Below the pieces are notes generated by a model. That model was given only the letters and a program-made list of their open reading frames with translations. It was not told the DNA's origin and searched no databases. Below are positions 61,029 through 64,000 of a DNA stretch of 64,000 bases, piece after piece. Numbering within the stretch: position 1 is the stretch's first letter; each line of letters opens with the position of its first letter. The stretch covers positions 1 to 64,000 of the IMG/VR virus record IMGVR_UViG_3300049629_001293. The stretch is one strand, 5' to 3'. Both the position numbers and the translations under genes were made by a program. The stretch comes from a virus (Duplodnaviria > Caudoviricetes).

Positions 61029-61403
61029 ATGACTATTACAAAAAGAGAGTATCCTTCTAAGAAAACGTTAGGATCTGGTGCATTGGCTCCCTATCGCGCT
61101 CTCGGTCGGTCAATTCGACGAGATCTTATAAATGCAAATCTTGGAATGATGGAATTTAGCGAGAAAAGTGGGTGGGATTGGCAGACAATTCGACGGATTT
61201 TAATGGGGGAGCGGCGGACGGATTTTATAGAACTGTTGATTATCGCTTCGTTAATTTCTGAGGATCAATCGGAAACGGAAAGACTGATCCTCACCTGGAC
61301 GAAGGAAACTTTGAAAATCATCGAGGAAGGAATCCCCCAAGAAATTAACCCAGGTCTTGTTGATAATCTTGTCGAGATTAACGAAGAGATCCCTTTAGAA
61401 TAG
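61029..61403 (+). CDS. XRE-like HTH transcriptional regulator
   Basis: LG..IR......L....FSEKSG....TI.RI..GERR.DF.EL..IA. Confidence 0.75.
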   Translation: MTITKREYPSKKTLGSGALAPYRALGRSIRRDLINANLGMMEFSEKSGWDWQTIRRILMGERRTDFIELLIIASLISEDQSETERLILTWTKETLKIIEEGIPQEINPGLVDNLVEINEEIPLE

Positions 61404-61797
61404 CAATAATCTCCTGACGATTCCGTTGGCTTACTCCTAAAAATTGACGTTTAGGCATTTTCTTAGTGCCTTTTTGTAAATAGGAGCCATAGGGCAATGG
61501 AGTCCCTACCTCAACCCTTCCTTTTTCAATCCGATATCGAATAGAAGATCGCAACAATCCTTGGCGTTGTAGTATTTGCATAATAAAACCCCGACTAGCC
61601 TTGTATTTAAGGGTTGATGGGGCTAGGTGTTCCCATTTCTCCCCATAAGGACTCTGTTCCTTCTGGAAGTTCTCATCGGTTGATGCCACCATGAACTGCC
61701 CAACTTTATGCAGTTCAGGTGTGAGGTTCTGAAACTTTCTGATTAATTTATTGAGGTAATTTTGGACTTGGTTAGCAACGAATTTTAGGGATAGCAT
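61378..61797 (-). CDS. phage virion morphogenesis protein (Mu gpG-like)
   Basis: F..E.SP.G..W..L.PST, IL...G.L.SSI, VGT...Y...Q.G..KMP.R.FLG.S. Confidence 0.85.
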   Translation of the reverse strand: MLSLKFVANQVQNYLNKLIRKFQNLTPELHKVGQFMVASTDENFQKEQSPYGEKWEHLAPSTLKYKASRGFIMQILQRQGLLRSSIRYRIEKGRVEVGTPLPYGSYLQKGTKKMPKRQFLGVSQRNRQEIIAILKGSLR

Positions 61798-61994
61798 AGG
61801 GTTAAAAGTAAAATATATCCTAATTTTAATATAAAAAAGGAAGGCTTTAACACCTCCTCCATCTTACCGTTTCAGTTACCCTCTGCACCCTCAAAACCCT
61901 CTTTTAATATTGTTTTGACTTTTGACTGTTTTCTGTCTTTTGGGTAGCTAACCGATTCTTGTCTTCAAGTAGACGATTATACGCTACAACCTCA

Positions 61995-63632
61995 TCAAGA
62001 ACTCGGTTTTTTTCCAAATCGGTAAGTTTTTTGTAGTTCATCTAGTACCTGTTCATATACTTCTTTTATTATTTTAGCAGAACCTTTTTGATTATTGGCT
62101 AATTTTTCTGCTGCTTGATTCAAAAGTGTCGAAACTTTTCCTGTTAGCATTTTTTCTTGATCAAATGCCCCTAGTGCTTTTTCTGCAATATCAGCAATTT
62201 CACTTGACTCCTCTACGTTGATTTTATTTCCTGCTTTGGCTAAATCTGAGGCAGCTTTTGACTTCCCAACAGTTGAGAATAAACGCTTTTCCCTTTGCAA
62301 CTGTCTTTTTATAGCAGATTGAATCTGGGCTTTTTCAATAGCCAAAGAGCGAGATTCAGGGGAAAATCCCAACAAATCAAATAAGCCACCCTGAGATTCG
62401 GTTATTGTTGGGGCATTTGTTACCATATCGGACAATTCCTCTATAGTGTCATTAGTGATCTTTTTACCTTTTTTCTCTTCTTTCTCCACTAACTCTAGTA
62501 AGTCTTGTTGTTGGCGGTGATCTTTTATTTTAGAACCAATTACAACAGCCCTTTGTTCGGGGATTTGACCCTGTACCACTCTATTAAATAGAGAGTCACT
62601 TAGACTAGCTAAAGCCAGCCCGTCCTCAGCTATTTTCTCCCTCATGGGTACGCCTTTTTTCTCTAGGTCTTGTTTTGTTAAACCAGAATCTCTAAAGAAT
62701 TTAGCTGCATCCTGAGCATTGCCTCGACCTTCTGCGATATTTGTTAATGCACCAATAGCACGGGCTTCTTCTGGAGATTTAGCATCAATTAATTTTACGG
62801 TGACGGATTCAGCATTTAGTTTTTTAGCTAATGCAAGTCGGTTGTGACCGTTCACGACATAAACACCGCCATCTTTGGGATCTTGCCAAACTTGAAGGAT
62901 GCCACCCAGGTTAGAATCCCACGTTTTAACTCCCGACAAACTCCCGACTTCTCCCGACTTGGTTTGCTCTCCAATGATCTTGTATTGAAATCTTTTAGGG
63001 TCAACCTGGATTTTACTGGGGTCGGCTTCTGCTATTCCTGAAGACAAGACTTGATCCGCCCCCAACCGAGAAGCAGCATCATCCCACTTTCCTGCTGGTT
63101 TCGGTGTCAGCTTGTTATTCTCCTGCCTCTTAGCCGGATCATCCTGAGCCTCCTTAAACCCTCCCGCCATAGCTTTAACTTTGTCCAGCTTTTCCTGGGA
63201 AGGTTTATCAGGGGGGTCTGACTTGCAGTTCTTATTTAAGCTAATACAAGCCTTCCCGCAGTTATAGGAAGTATTGCCACACTTAGGTTTTTCCTTCCTA
63301 ACGGTCTTAGCTACATCGAATCGGTAGCAATACCCCTTTGAGTAGTCTTCCCACGCCACGGGGTCAACGTCGAGGCTGTCGGTTCGTTTCCAGGTAAACG
63401 GTTTGAAGGCAATGGAATCCCCAATCTCAAACTCAAAAACACGGGATCTAATGGCGTCCTTAAACCGTCCTTTGATGATGTTTTTGTTGCCTACTTCAAA
63501 ATCCAGAACGATAACCGGAGAGTTGTAGGCAAATGGCATCGACAAGACTTGAGAAATACCAAGTTTCATCTGCACTTCTGTTGGGGCAGCATCAAAGCTA
63601 GGGGGATTTTGACGGTTTAAGGTAGTGACCAT
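61995..63632 (-). CDS. array-family member: leader + Cys motif + ParB-like domain
   Basis: FAYNSPV; CGNTSYNCGKACISLNKNC; IQVDPKRFQYK, VW.D..G..YVVNGHNRL.LA. Confidence 0.78.
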   Translation of the reverse strand: MVTTLNRQNPPSFDAAPTEVQMKLGISQVLSMPFAYNSPVIVLDFEVGNKNIIKGRFKDAIRSRVFEFEIGDSIAFKPFTWKRTDSLDVDPVAWEDYSKGYCYRFDVAKTVRKEKPKCGNTSYNCGKACISLNKNCKSDPPDKPSQEKLDKVKAMAGGFKEAQDDPAKRQENNKLTPKPAGKWDDAASRLGADQVLSSGIAEADPSKIQVDPKRFQYKIIGEQTKSGEVGSLSGVKTWDSNLGGILQVWQDPKDGGVYVVNGHNRLALAKKLNAESVTVKLIDAKSPEEARAIGALTNIAEGRGNAQDAAKFFRDSGLTKQDLEKKGVPMREKIAEDGLALASLSDSLFNRVVQGQIPEQRAVVIGSKIKDHRQQQDLLELVEKEEKKGKKITNDTIEELSDMVTNAPTITESQGGLFDLLGFSPESRSLAIEKAQIQSAIKRQLQREKRLFSTVGKSKAASDLAKAGNKINVEESSEIADIAEKALGAFDQEKMLTGKVSTLLNQAAEKLANNQKGSAKIIKEVYEQVLDELQKTYRFGKKPSS

Positions 63633-63684
63633 TGTTTTTGAGAATAGATTTACCGAGTCTTTCTGTACGGGTGCAGGTCGGGGT

Positions 63685-63909
63685 TTACCAGTCTTCCGGC
63701 CCTTGAGCTACAAAACGTTTGGCACGTTCGCGTTTTTCATCTTCTGTCAAATCGTCATAGCTTTTTTTTGGATATTTCTTAGCCATTCTTTTATCAAATT
63801 CCTGCAATGTCTCCCCTTCCCCTAAAGCATCCTCATCTTCGGATACAACAGCAGGAGGAACGGTTTTAATTTTCTTTTGTCCTTCAACAGCAGTTTTTTT
63901 GGCTTTCAT
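63685..63909 (-). CDS. hypothetical charged protein
   Basis: 74-aa co-oriented ORF. Confidence 0.5.
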   Translation of the reverse strand: MKAKKTAVEGQKKIKTVPPAVVSEDEDALGEGETLQEFDKRMAKKYPKKSYDDLTEDEKRERAKRFVAQGPEDW

Positions 63910-64000
63910 AATTGATTTTCGTTTTTAATGCTAATAGGTCTATTATACTTTGTTTTTGCTTAATTAAGTTTACTTCTACCAATATCAAAATGTGCTTGGG

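Overview
The whole 64 kb window looks like part of a large temperate cyanophage or phage-plasmid. Roughly 30 HIP1 octamers (GCGATCGC, counted by eye), a cyanobacterial-type thyX and HU, an NblA-like gene and a PatX-like peptide point to a cyanobacterial host, probably filamentous (inference). From left to right: (1) a membrane-protein operon with a rhomboid protease and an FtsK-like ATPase fused to GIY-YIG; (2) RuvC-like and DUF3854-type primase/helicase genes; (3) early-gene blocks driven by repeated near-consensus sigma70-type promoters, with three DNA methyltransferases, an SNF2 helicase, Rad52-like and KilA-N genes; (4) a minus-strand virion module with a DUF2213 protease/scaffold, decoration protein, DUF2184 major capsid, DUF4054 adaptor and tape measure. 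The most striking feature is a polymorphic array inside the virion module: eight ORFs share a Cys motif, five also share a ~95-aa 'F-x-YN(A/S)PV' leader, and their C-termini differ (HExxH peptidase-like, R-S-E ADP-ribosyltransferase-like, ParB-like, unknown). R-x-D motifs recur at the leader boundary, throughout the scaffold and at the capsid N-terminus. This suggests a modular, protease-processed set of capsid-packaged effectors. No integrase, large terminase, portal, tRNA, rRNA or CRISPR array was seen. All family assignments come from motif recognition by eye, not from database searches.
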